DNA of 52,382 nucleotides, taken from contig JANRIL010000025.1 of assembly GCA_033764955.1 (NCBI GenBank), forward strand, positions 1 through 52,382, in the 5' to 3' direction. Position 1 is the first letter of the stretch, and every line of letters starts with the position of its first letter. The stretch is from Cyanobacteriota bacterium (lineage in GTDB: Bacteria > Cyanobacteriota > Cyanobacteriia > Thermostichales > Thermostichaceae). Of the stretch, positions 9,840 through 19,940 are shown in pieces. A model generated the notes under the pieces. It made no database searches and was not told where the DNA came from. It saw only the letters and a program-made list of their open reading frames with translations. Both the position numbers and the translations under genes were made by a program.

Positions 9840-11174
9840 TTGTTTGTGATGAATGCGCCTGTGAATGCCGCCCCCCCTTTGTTCCTCTCCCCCTGTGCTC
9901 GCTTGCGGGGAAGTCTGACCGTGCCGGGAGACAAGTCGATTTCCCACCGCGCCCTCATGCTGGGATCCCTAGCCAAGGGAGAAACCACCATTCGCGGGTT
10001 GCTGGTGGGGGAGGATCCCCGCAGCACTGCCGCCTGCTTTCGGGCTATGGGAGCCGAAATCTCCGACCTCAATCCTGAATGGGTGCGGGTGCAAGGGATT
10101 GGGTTGGGTCAGTTGCAGGAACCCAGTGACATCTTGGATTGTGGCAATTCGGGGACAACCATCCGTTTGATGATGGGGTTGCTGGCCGGACATGCCCAGC
10201 GATTTTTTGCTTTGACCGGGGATGCCTCCCTGCGTTCTCGACCGATGCGGCGGGTGGTGGATCCCCTGCGACAAATGGGCGCGGTTATTAGCGGGCGGGC
10301 AGGGGGAAACCTGGCTCCCTTGGCGATTCAGGGGCAAACTCTGCGGGGCATTGCCTATCAATCTCCGGTGGCATCCGCGCAAGTTAAGTCCTGTCTCTTG
10401 TTGGCGGGGTTGCTGGCGGAGGGAGAAACCAGTGTGACGGAACCTGCCCTCTCACGGGATCACTCGGAGCGGATGTTGCGGGCGTTTGGAGCCAAGCTGG
10501 AGGTAGATACCCATCGCAAAACCGTTTGGCTGCAAAGTGGGGGAGAACTGACGGGGCAGGCGGTGACGGTGCCAGGGGATATTAGCTCGGCAGCCTTTTG
10601 GTTAGTAGCCGCCACCATTCTGCCGGATGCTGACCTCACCCTCAACCAAGTGGGATTGAATCCCACCCGCACGGGCATCCTGGAGGTTCTCCAAGAAATG
10701 GGAGCCACCATCGATATCCTCAATCTGCGGGAAATCGCCGGAGAACCGATTGCGGATCTGCGGGTACGTTCCAGTGCCCTCAAGGGCTGCACGATTGGGG
10801 GATCCCAAATTCCCACCTTGATCGACGAGATTCCCGTGTTGGCGGTGGCAGCAGCCTGTGCCCAGGGCAAAACCGTGATCCGTGATGCTGCCGAACTGCG
10901 GGTCAAAGAGAGTGACAGACTGGCCACCATCGCCCAAGAACTAAGCAAAATGGGATGCCGTATCACCGAACATCCTGATGGCCTAGAAATTATCGGTGGG
11001 GATCCCCTGCGGGGCGCGAGCGTAGATAGCCATGCCGATCATCGCATTGCCATGAGCTTGATGGTGGCGGCTCTCGTGGCTCAGGGAGAAACCCAGATTA
11101 GGGGGGCGGAGAGTGCAGCGATTTCCTATCCTGACTTTGTTCCTACCCTACAACGCCTGATCGAGCAATCCTAG
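9840..11174 (+). CDS. aroA: 3-phosphoshikimate 1-carboxyvinyltransferase (EPSP synthase, class II)
   Basis: [66 protein letters not shown]. Confidence 0.97.
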   Translation: MFVMNAPVNAAPPLFLSPCARLRGSLTVPGDKSISHRALMLGSLAKGETTIRGLLVGEDPRSTAACFRAMGAEISDLNPEWVRVQGIGLGQLQEPSDILDCGNSGTTIRLMMGLLAGHAQRFFALTGDASLRSRPMRRVVDPLRQMGAVISGRAGGNLAPLAIQGQTLRGIAYQSPVASAQVKSCLLLAGLLAEGETSVTEPALSRDHSERMLRAFGAKLEVDTHRKTVWLQSGGELTGQAVTVPGDISSAAFWLVAATILPDADLTLNQVGLNPTRTGILEVLQEMGATIDILNLREIAGEPIADLRVRSSALKGCTIGGSQIPTLIDEIPVLAVAAACAQGKTVIRDAAELRVKESDRLATIAQELSKMGCRITEHPDGLEIIGGDPLRGASVDSHADHRIAMSLMVAALVAQGETQIRGAESAAISYPDFVPTLQRLIEQS

Positions 11175-11285
11175 AGCAAGCGGTTGCCAACGTTAGTAAA
11201 CCTGACGACTGCCGATTGATTTTGATGGATTCTGATGGATTCAGACCCATCCTCTCCCAGCGAGTCCCACTGAAAATTATTCATT

Positions 11286-12134
11286 ATGGCCAATGCAATT
11301 CTCCTCGTGTCCTGCCCTGATCAAAAGGGCTTAGTGGCTAAGCTCTCCCATTTTGTTTATCAATACAATGGCAATATCATTCATGCTGATCACCATACAG
11401 ATTTTGAATCCGGCTTATTTTTGACCCGTATCGAATGGGATCTGACAGGGTTTCAATTATCTCGTTCCGATACACAAGTAGCATTCGCAGAAATCGCCAC
11501 TGCCATCCAAGCCAACTGGCAACTGCATTTTTCCGATACTTTGCCCCGTCTGGCAATTTGGGTCAGTCGGCAATCCCACTGTCTGCTGGATCTAATTTGG
11601 CGACAACGGGCAGGAGAACTGCAAGCTCGGATCCCTTTGATCATAAGTAACCATCAGGATCTCCAGCCTATTGCCGAGCAATTTGCCATTGACTTTCACT
11701 ATCTACCCATGAGCGCTCCTACAAAAGCTCAGCAAGAACGGCAGCAACTCCAGCTCCTCAAGGACTATCAAATTGATCTCGTTGTTTTGGCAAAATATAT
11801 GCAGGTTTTGAGTGCGGAATGCCTACAGTTAGCTCCGCCTGTGATCAATATTCACCATTCCTTTTTACCTGCCTTTGCCGGGGCAAATCCCTATCATCGT
11901 GCCCATCAGCGGGGGGTCAAAATTATTGGGGCAACTTCCCATTATGCCACTGCTGATCTGGATGAAGGCCCAATTATTGAACAGGATGTTGTGCGAGTCA
12001 GTCATCGCGATACCCCTGATGATTTAATTCGCAAGGGTCGAGATCTAGAGCGAATTGTTTTAGCAAGAGCCGTCCGTTATCATCTAGATAATCGAGTATT
12101 AATTTATCAAAATAAAACGGTTGTTTTTGCCTAA
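11286..12134 (+). CDS. purU: Formyltetrahydrofolate deformylase
   Basis: N-terminal ACT domain SCPDQKGLVA, LAKYMQVLS, INIHHSFLPAFAGANPYH, GVKIIGATSH, LDEGPIIEQ. Confidence 0.96.
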   Translation: MANAILLVSCPDQKGLVAKLSHFVYQYNGNIIHADHHTDFESGLFLTRIEWDLTGFQLSRSDTQVAFAEIATAIQANWQLHFSDTLPRLAIWVSRQSHCLLDLIWRQRAGELQARIPLIISNHQDLQPIAEQFAIDFHYLPMSAPTKAQQERQQLQLLKDYQIDLVVLAKYMQVLSAECLQLAPPVINIHHSFLPAFAGANPYHRAHQRGVKIIGATSHYATADLDEGPIIEQDVVRVSHRDTPDDLIRKGRDLERIVLARAVRYHLDNRVLIYQNKTVVFA

Positions 12135-12253
12135 ATGAATGGAGCTTTTTGATCTGTCAATTGATCTTGTGTTCTGATAAGCTTGGTAACTCTTCTTTCA
12201 TAAATTGTGTGGTGCGCTCAAGCTCAGAACGCTCTTTCTTAGAAGATTAGTAG

Positions 12254-15200
12254 CTAGCCTCCTGTGATCGCACCTAAGGCTTGCAAGGTTAATACTTGGG
12301 CTGTGGTCACTCCGATCATTCCAGTAATATTCATCCCTTCATAGGGGCGATCACTCCGCAGCACTTTGACACAGGTTCCGGTGCGAGCATCCCACAGTCG
12401 AATGGTCGCATCCAAACTACTACTAGCCAACGTAAAGCCATCGGGACTCCAAGCCAGATCCCACATTCGACTTTCGTGCCCCCGCAAAATATGACAGCAC
12501 TCCAGCCCAGAAAGATCCCAGATCCGAATCGTGCCATCATCACTGGCACTGGCAATCCACTGATTATTCGGACTCCAGGCAATTGCCCAAATGATGGCTT
12601 GATGCCCTGATAATTCTTGCTCCCAACTGCCTGTTGTCACATTCCAGATGCGTACCACATTATTTAGTGCACTGGTTGCTAAGTATTGACTATCAGGACT
12701 CCAGGATATAGCAAGCCCCAACTGACGATCATCAAACAAAGTCTTTAGGCATTCACCCGTATTTCCATCCCAAAGTTTAATCGTTTGGTCATCAGATGCC
12801 GTTGCTAAAAGGTTGCCATCGGGACTCCATTTGATCCACCAAATCCAGCTTTTGTGACCAGCCAAAATCCGCAAACATTCACCCGTTTGAACATTCCAGA
12901 TCCTGGCGGTTAGATCATTATTGACGCTCCCACTACTGGCAAGTTTGTGTCCACCAGGGATCCAATCCACCGACCAAACCCAACTGGTGTGCCCGTAAAG
13001 GGTTCGCATACATTGCCCCGTACTGACATCCCATAACTTGATGGTGGCATCACCACTCCCACTAGCGATCATCTCTGAGCGTGCTGGAGGTAAGGCAGAT
13101 ACAGCACAGGGACTCCAGGCAACCGAGTAGATCCAGGCTTGATGCCCGGTCAGGGTTTGGCGACATTGCCCCGTTGCAACATCCCAAATTCGGATCGTGT
13201 TATCCGTGCTACTACTTGTCAGGGATTGACCATCCGGACTCCAGGCAATGCTTCTAATCAAATTGGTATAGCCTTGCAGCACCTCAGAACACTGTCCTGT
13301 TTTAGCGTCCCAAAGTCTGACTGTCTGGTCATAGCTACCACTGACGAGGGTTTTGCTGTCTCTTGCCCAGTTCAAAGCCCAGATCAAATCTCGATGCCCA
13401 GACAGGGTATATAAACAATCACCCGTCCAGGGATCCCACAGTTTGATCTGGCGATCGCTGCCGCTAGTGGCAAGCATTTGACCATCGGGACTCCAGGCGA
13501 GGGCATCTGACCAGAGGGAATGCCCAACCCAGGTGCGGAGGGGTTGTCCCGTTTTGCTATCCCAGAGAGTGACATGGGTACTGGCACTGGCAACCACCCC
13601 TCCATCGGGACTCCAGGCAACTTGGCGCACCCAAAAACCTCCAACGGTCAGAGTTTTCAAGCACTCACCCGTAGAGGGATCCCATAGTCGGACGGTTGAA
13701 TCTTCACTGCCACTGGCCAAGGTTTTTCCATCGGGACTCCAGGCAACACAATAAACCAGGTTTTGATGACCATGTAAGGTATTCAGGCAAGTTCCAGTCG
13801 CCCCATCCCAAATTTTAATGGTGTGATCCCCGCTAGCACTGGCAATTTGAGTTCCATCGGGACTCCAGGCAACCCACCACACCGTTTGCTGGTGTCCTGG
13901 TAAGGTGCTTAGGCATTGCCCCGTCTGCGCGTCCCACAGCTTGAGGAGGTAGTCACCACTACCGCTCACCAATCGTTGGCCATCGGGATGCCAAGAAAGG
14001 GACAAAACCCAGCTTGTATGACCAATGAAATCTCTTAAGGGGTAACCCAGTACCAATCTGTGATCACTACTATCGGCGATTTGCCACAAGCGGATAGAAC
14101 CGTTACTATCCCCTAGCACTAATGTTTGGGCAGAAGGGCTAAAGGCAGTGGCCACAATCCCCCCAAAGGTTTGAGTAAATCGGCAATCTTTTAATTCGGT
14201 GTCAGCAAGATTAACGTGAGCAAAGTGATGAGACTGAAAATTAACCTGACGAATTTTCAAACCAGAAAAGTCATACACAGACAGATCAAGATCAAGATTC
14301 ACACATAGGTTGATCAGGTTCCCAACACTGTAATCAAAGAACGGCATTTGCCGGTTGCGAACCACCTGGAGTGCCCGTTGAAAATGCTGTTGAAGATGCT
14401 CGTTGTTCCGAAAAGCACCTCTAACATGAGTAGCGACACTACTTAAGATAAGACGGATTTGACTTTGGCGAACGTATTCTAATACTGTATTTTTGACTAA
14501 GGCATAGCGGCAAAATAAAGACAAGTTTAGCACAGTCAATTCATGGGATATTTGTTGAATCAAGTGATGGGTTACATATTCCATCACCACAGGTTGTTGA
14601 GTATATTGACTCAATAATTTCTTCTCATTGCTGGGTACCCGTCGTTCTACCAAGCTTCGCCAGGTTAGAGACTCCAATCCTTCTAGTAAGTCTGCTTTAG
14701 AAACAGAAGGAACAATATCTTGCACTAAGTCGGCTAGGGAAGTCCACTCACGGTTAATCGCCAACCAATACATAATGGTCTGTTCCGATTCGGACAGACG
14801 TCCAAACTGCTGTTCCAACAACCGACGTAAGCCATTAAATACCATTGTTTCTTCGGCCAAAAACAAGGCAATTTCTCCCTCAAACAAGCTTTGAATCGAA
14901 GCGGCTACAATTTTCAAGGCTAAGGGGTTGCCATTATAGAATTCACATAACTGCCGTTTTTCGTTATCGCTTCCCTTGAGTTCTTTAGATTCAATCAAGG
15001 CTAGGGATGCTTCCCAGGAACCGGACAAAGAGAGGGATCTTACTTTGCTGTCTATAGTTTCAAAGGTGCTAATTTCAGTGGGTTTTTCACGGCTAGTTAG
15101 GAGTAGACAACTTTGATGCTGACTTTCTCCCACTAGGCGTAACAACTCTCCATAACCTTCGTACCCATGTTGATAAAAGCCAACTCGATCCCCCGCCTGC

Positions 15201-15946
15201 AAAATAGATTCCAGATTATCCAAAATCACCAGGCAGCGACGAGTTCGCAACCAGTGGAGCAGTCGCTCTGGTTTAGCCTGGGTCTCCTGTTGCTGAGATA
15301 GGAAACCTACCCATTCCGATAGCAGGGTTTCCAAGGGTGGTGCATTACGGAGGGAACGCCAAATCACTCCGTCAAAATGGGTTTGACAGCTATGGGTGAT
15401 TTTAGCGGCCAAGGAGCTTTTGCCCATGCCCCCCATGCCAAGTAAGGCGATTAAGGAACAGCGATCATCTAGCAGCCATTGACTCAAGATTTTCTGCTCG
15501 TCGGTACGACCATAGAAGATGGTGACATCAGGAGCCTCGCCCCAATCTATGTTGGGGGCTGGAAGTGTAGGGGTAACGCAGGGGGGTAACCGTAAATTCT
15601 CCCCCTGCGGGGGGGCATCATCTGTGATGGACTGGGTGGGTTCAAGACGCTTAAGGGATCCCCGTTGTTGGGGGTGCTGACGACGCCACTGTCGCTCTAA
15701 AACAGCTTGCAGATTGGTTTTCGTCACCGATTCGCCAAACACTTCCGACAGAAGTTTCCACAATTTAGGGGCGACATCAAATTTCAAATAGTTAGGGGAA
15801 TAGTTGGATTCTTGGGCAATTTGGTCGTAGGTCTGGCGATTATAGGAGCCTCTCAGGGTCGCAACTTCAACTGGTGTGAGCCGCCTACCCACCTTATGAA
15901 AGACGATCTCATCCGTACCCTCTAGTAAAGGTTGAAACTCCATCAA
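12254..15946 (-). CDS. STAND NTPase: N-terminal HTH (vMAP-type), NB-ARC domain, pentapeptide linker, 14 WD40 repeats
   Basis: N-term RRLTPVEVATLRGSYNRQTYDQIAQESNYSPNYLK..PKLWKLLSEVFGE (HTH); DWGEAPDVTIFYGR; Walker A GMGGMGKS; Walker B LVILDNLE; LTSRE; GNPLAL; 14 GH..W[DN] repeats counted by eye; C-term RPYEGMNITG. Confidence 0.93.
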   Translation of the reverse strand: MMEFQPLLEGTDEIVFHKVGRRLTPVEVATLRGSYNRQTYDQIAQESNYSPNYLKFDVAPKLWKLLSEVFGESVTKTNLQAVLERQWRRQHPQQRGSLKRLEPTQSITDDAPPQGENLRLPPCVTPTLPAPNIDWGEAPDVTIFYGRTDEQKILSQWLLDDRCSLIALLGMGGMGKSSLAAKITHSCQTHFDGVIWRSLRNAPPLETLLSEWVGFLSQQQETQAKPERLLHWLRTRRCLVILDNLESILQAGDRVGFYQHGYEGYGELLRLVGESQHQSCLLLTSREKPTEISTFETIDSKVRSLSLSGSWEASLALIESKELKGSDNEKRQLCEFYNGNPLALKIVAASIQSLFEGEIALFLAEETMVFNGLRRLLEQQFGRLSESEQTIMYWLAINREWTSLADLVQDIVPSVSKADLLEGLESLTWRSLVERRVPSNEKKLLSQYTQQPVVMEYVTHHLIQQISHELTVLNLSLFCRYALVKNTVLEYVRQSQIRLILSSVATHVRGAFRNNEHLQQHFQRALQVVRNRQMPFFDYSVGNLINLCVNLDLDLSVYDFSGLKIRQVNFQSHHFAHVNLADTELKDCRFTQTFGGIVATAFSPSAQTLVLGDSNGSIRLWQIADSSDHRLVLGYPLRDFIGHTSWVLSLSWHPDGQRLVSGSGDYLLKLWDAQTGQCLSTLPGHQQTVWWVAWSPDGTQIASASGDHTIKIWDGATGTCLNTLHGHQNLVYCVAWSPDGKTLASGSEDSTVRLWDPSTGECLKTLTVGGFWVRQVAWSPDGGVVASASTHVTLWDSKTGQPLRTWVGHSLWSDALAWSPDGQMLATSGSDRQIKLWDPWTGDCLYTLSGHRDLIWALNWARDSKTLVSGSYDQTVRLWDAKTGQCSEVLQGYTNLIRSIAWSPDGQSLTSSSTDNTIRIWDVATGQCRQTLTGHQAWIYSVAWSPCAVSALPPARSEMIASGSGDATIKLWDVSTGQCMRTLYGHTSWVWSVDWIPGGHKLASSGSVNNDLTARIWNVQTGECLRILAGHKSWIWWIKWSPDGNLLATASDDQTIKLWDGNTGECLKTLFDDRQLGLAISWSPDSQYLATSALNNVVRIWNVTTGSWEQELSGHQAIIWAIAWSPNNQWIASASDDGTIRIWDLSGLECCHILRGHESRMWDLAWSPDGFTLASSSLDATIRLWDARTGTCVKVLRSDRPYEGMNITGMIGVTTAQVLTLQALGAITGG

Positions 15947-15981
15947 GCGGCTCCAGACGGCGATTCCAGATTGTTTAGAAA

Positions 15982-16012
15982 TTTACCTCAACTTTACCTC
16001 AATTTTCCTCTA
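15982..16012. promoter_or_regulatory. Helically phased direct repeats in the divergent promoter region
   Basis: TTTACCTCAAC / TTTACCTCAAT / TTT-CCTCTA at 15982, 15993 and 16004 (11-bp period), 36 bp upstream of the STAND start. Confidence 0.55.
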
Positions 16013-16157
16013 TCGACTCAAAAGCCGCGATTTCGCAAACTAAATATATGAGCAAAACCAAGAGATAGTTTCCATCTCAAGTGTCCACAAGATTCCCTGC
16101 ATATGAATAGATCATCTGCTTGTCGTACTACCCATTACACGTTCTTAGAGGGATCCT

Positions 16158-16532
16158 ATGCTAACAAAAATTGCTGAATTTTCTATAACTGATCAGGAGA
16201 TTGAAGCATCCCGCTTATTTCGTTTTGCCAAAACGAAACTCTTAGAAGATGGGACTCCCCTGCTGTTAAAGGCTGTTTCCTACTTACGTCTTTGTTGCCG
16301 TGGGGTATGGCAACTTTCTGAACTGATGCCATGGATTCAATTAGACAACGAATGGGCAGCAGGGAAAGAAGTTTCATTTCCTGTTTTACTCTCAGAGCTA
16401 TGCCAGTCCAGCCCAGAGTGGTGGCAGCAATGTTGGGTCAGCGATCGTGGCATTCTACGCTCTGATAATGCCGAAATAGACAAACTTTTTCAACCGTTGG
16501 GTTATTTCGTGGAAATGTTTGTCTATGAATAG
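16158..16532 (+). CDS. Hypothetical protein (124 aa, Trp/Cys-containing)
   Basis: Clean ORF with AGAGGG upstream, divergent from the STAND gene; no family recognised. Confidence 0.65.
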   Translation: MLTKIAEFSITDQEIEASRLFRFAKTKLLEDGTPLLLKAVSYLRLCCRGVWQLSELMPWIQLDNEWAAGKEVSFPVLLSELCQSSPEWWQQCWVSDRGILRSDNAEIDKLFQPLGYFVEMFVYE

Positions 16533-16615
16533 ACCCATTAAGCCCACATAGTTTCACCCCCATTCAGTAGCTATAAACAACCCATTCACTTCATTATTTT
16601 GGGGATCCTTGAACG

Positions 16616-16906
16616 ATGATTACACCAATTCCTGCCCATTCTTCTCTCGCTCCAGAACCAGTTGAAGCTATTTTGCCAACACCTTCTCGACTTCAGGCAT
16701 TACAGTTGTGGCTAACCCAAGCCTGGAATAGCATTTTCAAGCAACTTTTATCTGAGCATTACCCAGAACCCATAATTATCAGGTTGCAAGGACAAGGAGG
16801 GACATATTTCTGGAAAATTTATGACCCTAAAACCCACTCAAACACCTACTGTGGGAGCGACCAGGAAGTGATGATCTGGCTAGATAGCCATTGGCATGGG
16901 AAATAG
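16616..16906 (+). CDS. Small cyanobacterial hypothetical protein (EP.I...G..YW..YDP.T....C.S..EV..WL type)
   Basis: C-terminal EPIIIRLQGQGGTYFWKIYDPKTHSNTYCGSDQEVMIWLD resembles a widespread small cyanobacterial protein motif (recognised from memory, not searched). Confidence 0.7.
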   Translation: MITPIPAHSSLAPEPVEAILPTPSRLQALQLWLTQAWNSIFKQLLSEHYPEPIIIRLQGQGGTYFWKIYDPKTHSNTYCGSDQEVMIWLDSHWHGK

Positions 16907-16948
16907 GGCTGATACCGGATTATTAATCTGCGATGATCCCCATCCCCC

Positions 16949-18502
16949 TTAGGTCAGGGTAGTTTTTTCTAAAATTAACTTGGTGCGTTTGACCGGATCA
17001 GGAATGGGGATCGGATAATCACCCGTAAAGCAGGCGGAACAAAAAGAGTGGGGATCCCGACCGGTGGCCTTTAACATACCTGCCCAACTGATGTAGGCCA
17101 GGGAATCTACCCCCAACTGCTGAGCAATTTGGGCTACCGAATAATTGGCGGCAATCAAATGATCTTGGCTGTCGGTATCAATGCCATAAAAGCAGGGGTG
17201 GGTGACGGGTGGACTGGATACCCGCATGTGAACCTCGGTGGCTCCGGCTTTACGGAGAGCTTTCACAATTTTTTGGCTGGTGGTGCCCCGCACAATCGAG
17301 TCATCCACGATCACCACCCGCTTGCCCTGCAAGACATCATCGAGAGGGTTGAGCTTCATGCGAATGCCGCGTTCTCGCATGGTTTGGGTGGGTTGAATAA
17401 AGGTGCGCCCGACATAGCGATTTTTGATCAGCCCTTCGGTATAAGGGATCCCCAGTTGACGGGCAAAGCCAATTGCCGCCGGAGTGCCGGAATCGGGAAC
17501 CGCCATCACCCAGTCCACCTCTACGGGAGACTCACAAGCCAGTTGTTCCCCTAAGCGGGTGCGATAGGAATAGAGGCTTTCGTCGTGCATCCAGCTATCG
17601 GGGCGGGCAAAATAAATCATTTCAAAAATACAGAGCTTGGGCACCGCCTCCGCCCAGCGTTGGGAAAACAGACCATCGGCGGTAATCCAGACCAATTCTC
17701 CCGGTTCGACATCCCGCAGGTATTCTGCCCCAATGATATCGAGGGCGCAGGTTTCTGAGGCCAAGACATAGCGCAGTGGATTGACGCCCCCCCCTTCCAG
17801 CGTGCCATCACTACAGACAATTTCTTGATCCAGCAGATCGGCGGCTGGGTTATCCCCCAATACCCCAATCACCAGGGGGCGCACACCATAGGGATCCCGA
17901 ATGCCCATCATGCCCAGCGGGGTTCCCACCACCAAACTAAAGGCTCCTCGACAGCGCCCCAGGGCTTTGACCGTTCCGGGGATCCAGCTCTCCCCTTGGT
18001 TAACCGCCTCGGCAATGGCATGGGCAATACACTCGGAGTCGGTGGAGGAGATGAGGGGACGCTGCCCTTGCTCCAGTTGGGCACGCAATTCCGCTGTATT
18101 CACCAGATTGCCATTGTGCGCCAGCGCTAGCGGCCCCAGGCGGGTTTCTACCACAACAGGCTGAGCATTGACCACCCGACTGGATCCGGTGGTGGAGTAG
18201 CGGGTATGGCCTACTGCCAAATGGCCGCCCAATTGCGCCAAGTTCCCCTCATTAAATACCTGGGATACCAGCCCCATATCTTTATGGATCCGGCAAAACT
18301 CTCCATCAAATACCGCAATGCCTGCCGACTCTTGGCCACGATGCTGGAGGGCAAACAACCCAAAATAGGTCAGCTTGGCCACCACTTCATGGGGAGCCAA
18401 GATGCCAAACACGCCACAGGCTTCTTCGGGCTTGTCTGGGGATCCCACCTCAGGGGTGCGTGGAGCAGGGGAAGCACTCAACCCGGTTGGGGAAAAGGTC
18501 AT
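16949..18502 (-). CDS. purF: Amidophosphoribosyltransferase
   Basis: Propeptide then DKPEEA|CGVFG (N-terminal nucleophile Cys), LQHRGQESAG, GHTRYST, HNGNL, VPDSG, VDDSIVRGTTS, PCFYGID, CSAC Fe-S ligands. Confidence 0.97.
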   Translation of the reverse strand: MTFSPTGLSASPAPRTPEVGSPDKPEEACGVFGILAPHEVVAKLTYFGLFALQHRGQESAGIAVFDGEFCRIHKDMGLVSQVFNEGNLAQLGGHLAVGHTRYSTTGSSRVVNAQPVVVETRLGPLALAHNGNLVNTAELRAQLEQGQRPLISSTDSECIAHAIAEAVNQGESWIPGTVKALGRCRGAFSLVVGTPLGMMGIRDPYGVRPLVIGVLGDNPAADLLDQEIVCSDGTLEGGGVNPLRYVLASETCALDIIGAEYLRDVEPGELVWITADGLFSQRWAEAVPKLCIFEMIYFARPDSWMHDESLYSYRTRLGEQLACESPVEVDWVMAVPDSGTPAAIGFARQLGIPYTEGLIKNRYVGRTFIQPTQTMRERGIRMKLNPLDDVLQGKRVVIVDDSIVRGTTSQKIVKALRKAGATEVHMRVSSPPVTHPCFYGIDTDSQDHLIAANYSVAQIAQQLGVDSLAYISWAGMLKATGRDPHSFCSACFTGDYPIPIPDPVKRTKLILEKTTLT

Positions 18503-18560
18503 GGGGGAGAAAATCCTTGTTGAAGGAGCAGGCAGCGTTACAAAAGTTATTTGTAGGCTC

Positions 18561-19940
18561 CTAGTCTACTCTGTTTTCGGGAGGGGTATCCTCCGAGAAA
18601 TAGCGGGAATGGCTTTGCCTGAGGGGGAGGGAGGGAAGTTTGCCCAGGAGGAAGTAGGTGGGCATCTCCCCTTTGCCTTTAATCGGGATGGTTTGAGGGG
18701 GACTAAGTTGATAGTCGGTCATCAGCCGTTGGGCGGTCACCTCGCTCACCTGAATGCAGCCAGGTTTCCCTTGCGATTCCATGCGACTGGCAATGTTGAC
18801 GGTATCCCCCCAGAGATCATAGATAAACTTTTTCAGACCAATCACCCCGGCGACGACGGGGCCAGAGTGCAGCCCAATCCGAATGCTCAGATCCATCTGG
18901 CTGGTTTGCCGAAAGGGGGCGAGGGTGGCCTGCATTTCTAGCGCAAAATCCGCCATCGCCTGGGCGTGATCCGAGCGGGGCAGGGGGATCCCGGCTACCA
19001 CCATATAGGCATCCCCAATTGTCTTGATTTTTTCCAGATCATACTTTTCCACCAACCGATCAAACTGCGAAAAAATTTGATTGAGCAGATCCACCAGTTG
19101 CACAGGGGGAAGTTGTTCGGCAAGCTGGGTAAAGTTGACCAAATCCGCAAACAAAACCGTTACTTCCACAAAATGGTCAGCGATGATGCCCTGGGTTTGT
19201 TTGAGTTGATCGGCAATCGGTTTGGGCAAAATATTAAGCAGGAGTTTTTCTGAACGATCCTGCTCCGCTTGCAGTTGGCGGGTTTGCCAAAAATCTTTGC
19301 GAACAGCGAATTCATAGCTGTAGCTAGCAAACATGCCAATCAAACTGGTGACCACCAAAAAAAAGCTGCTTTTGCCCCAGACGGCGCTAGGGATCCCCAC
19401 TACCTGCCAAGCCATCCACTGATAGGCCACAACCACCAGCCAACTCACGGCGCTGGCATAGACAAACCGTAGGCGTGCCAGAGTGTAGGCATAAACCAAC
19501 ACCAGCAACAAACCCACATGCACCTCGTCAAAACCGGGGGTGGGAGGCACGATCATTCTGACCCCGATAATCCCTAGGCCAGCCACCCCAATCGCCCCGC
19601 TACAAAGCAGTTGCATCCACCGCAGACTGGCTCGCCTATAGGTAAGGGCAAAAATCCCCAGCAACAATGGACAGATGATCCCATAGCGCAGCAGGCTCAA
19701 CTGGTCTCGAATCATCCCCACCGGATACACCCAAACATCCAGCAGCCCAAACAGGCCAAACGCCAAGACACCCGACAGGGTAACCTGGCGCACATAGCTG
19801 AGGGAGCGGTGGGCATAATCGGCCAAAAAGAGCGCTTCCAGGTCTGGAGAAAACCGCAGGCTGAGGTGATCCCAAAGGTTTTTTTTGATCATGGCGGCAA
19901 AGGGATCCCGATCACCCCTGGTAAACAAGTCTTCAAGCAC
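18561..19940 (-). CDS. Membrane-bound class III adenylate cyclase (about 6 TM helices plus catalytic domain)
   Basis: Hydrophobic N-half; SEKLLLNILPKPIA, VTVLFADLVNFT, EKIKTIGDAYM, RIGLHSGPVVAGVIG, YDLWGDTVNIASRMES. The K/D pair specifies ATP. Start is GTG 19940 (overlapping the smc stop) or ATG 19892. Confidence 0.92.
   Translation of the reverse strand: MLEDLFTRGDRDPFAAMIKKNLWDHLSLRFSPDLEALFLADYAHRSLSYVRQVTLSGVLAFGLFGLLDVWVYPVGMIRDQLSLLRYGIICPLLLGIFALTYRRASLRWMQLLCSGAIGVAGLGIIGVRMIVPPTPGFDEVHVGLLLVLVYAYTLARLRFVYASAVSWLVVVAYQWMAWQVVGIPSAVWGKSSFFLVVTSLIGMFASYSYEFAVRKDFWQTRQLQAEQDRSEKLLLNILPKPIADQLKQTQGIIADHFVEVTVLFADLVNFTQLAEQLPPVQLVDLLNQIFSQFDRLVEKYDLEKIKTIGDAYMVVAGIPLPRSDHAQAMADFALEMQATLAPFRQTSQMDLSIRIGLHSGPVVAGVIGLKKFIYDLWGDTVNIASRMESQGKPGCIQVSEVTAQRLMTDYQLSPPQTIPIKGKGEMPTYFLLGKLPSLPLRQSHSRYFSEDTPPENRVD

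Noticed and set aside
11223..11242. 10-bp tandem TGATGGATTC x2 upstream of purU
   Set aside because: Only two copies and no recognisable regulator motif; may be a chance duplication.
12400..14150. Regularly recurring ccatcgggactccaggca-like sequences that could be mistaken for a CRISPR or DNA repeat array
   Set aside because: They are the AWSPDG codons of WD40 repeats at about 126-bp spacing within one ORF; no cas genes are present.
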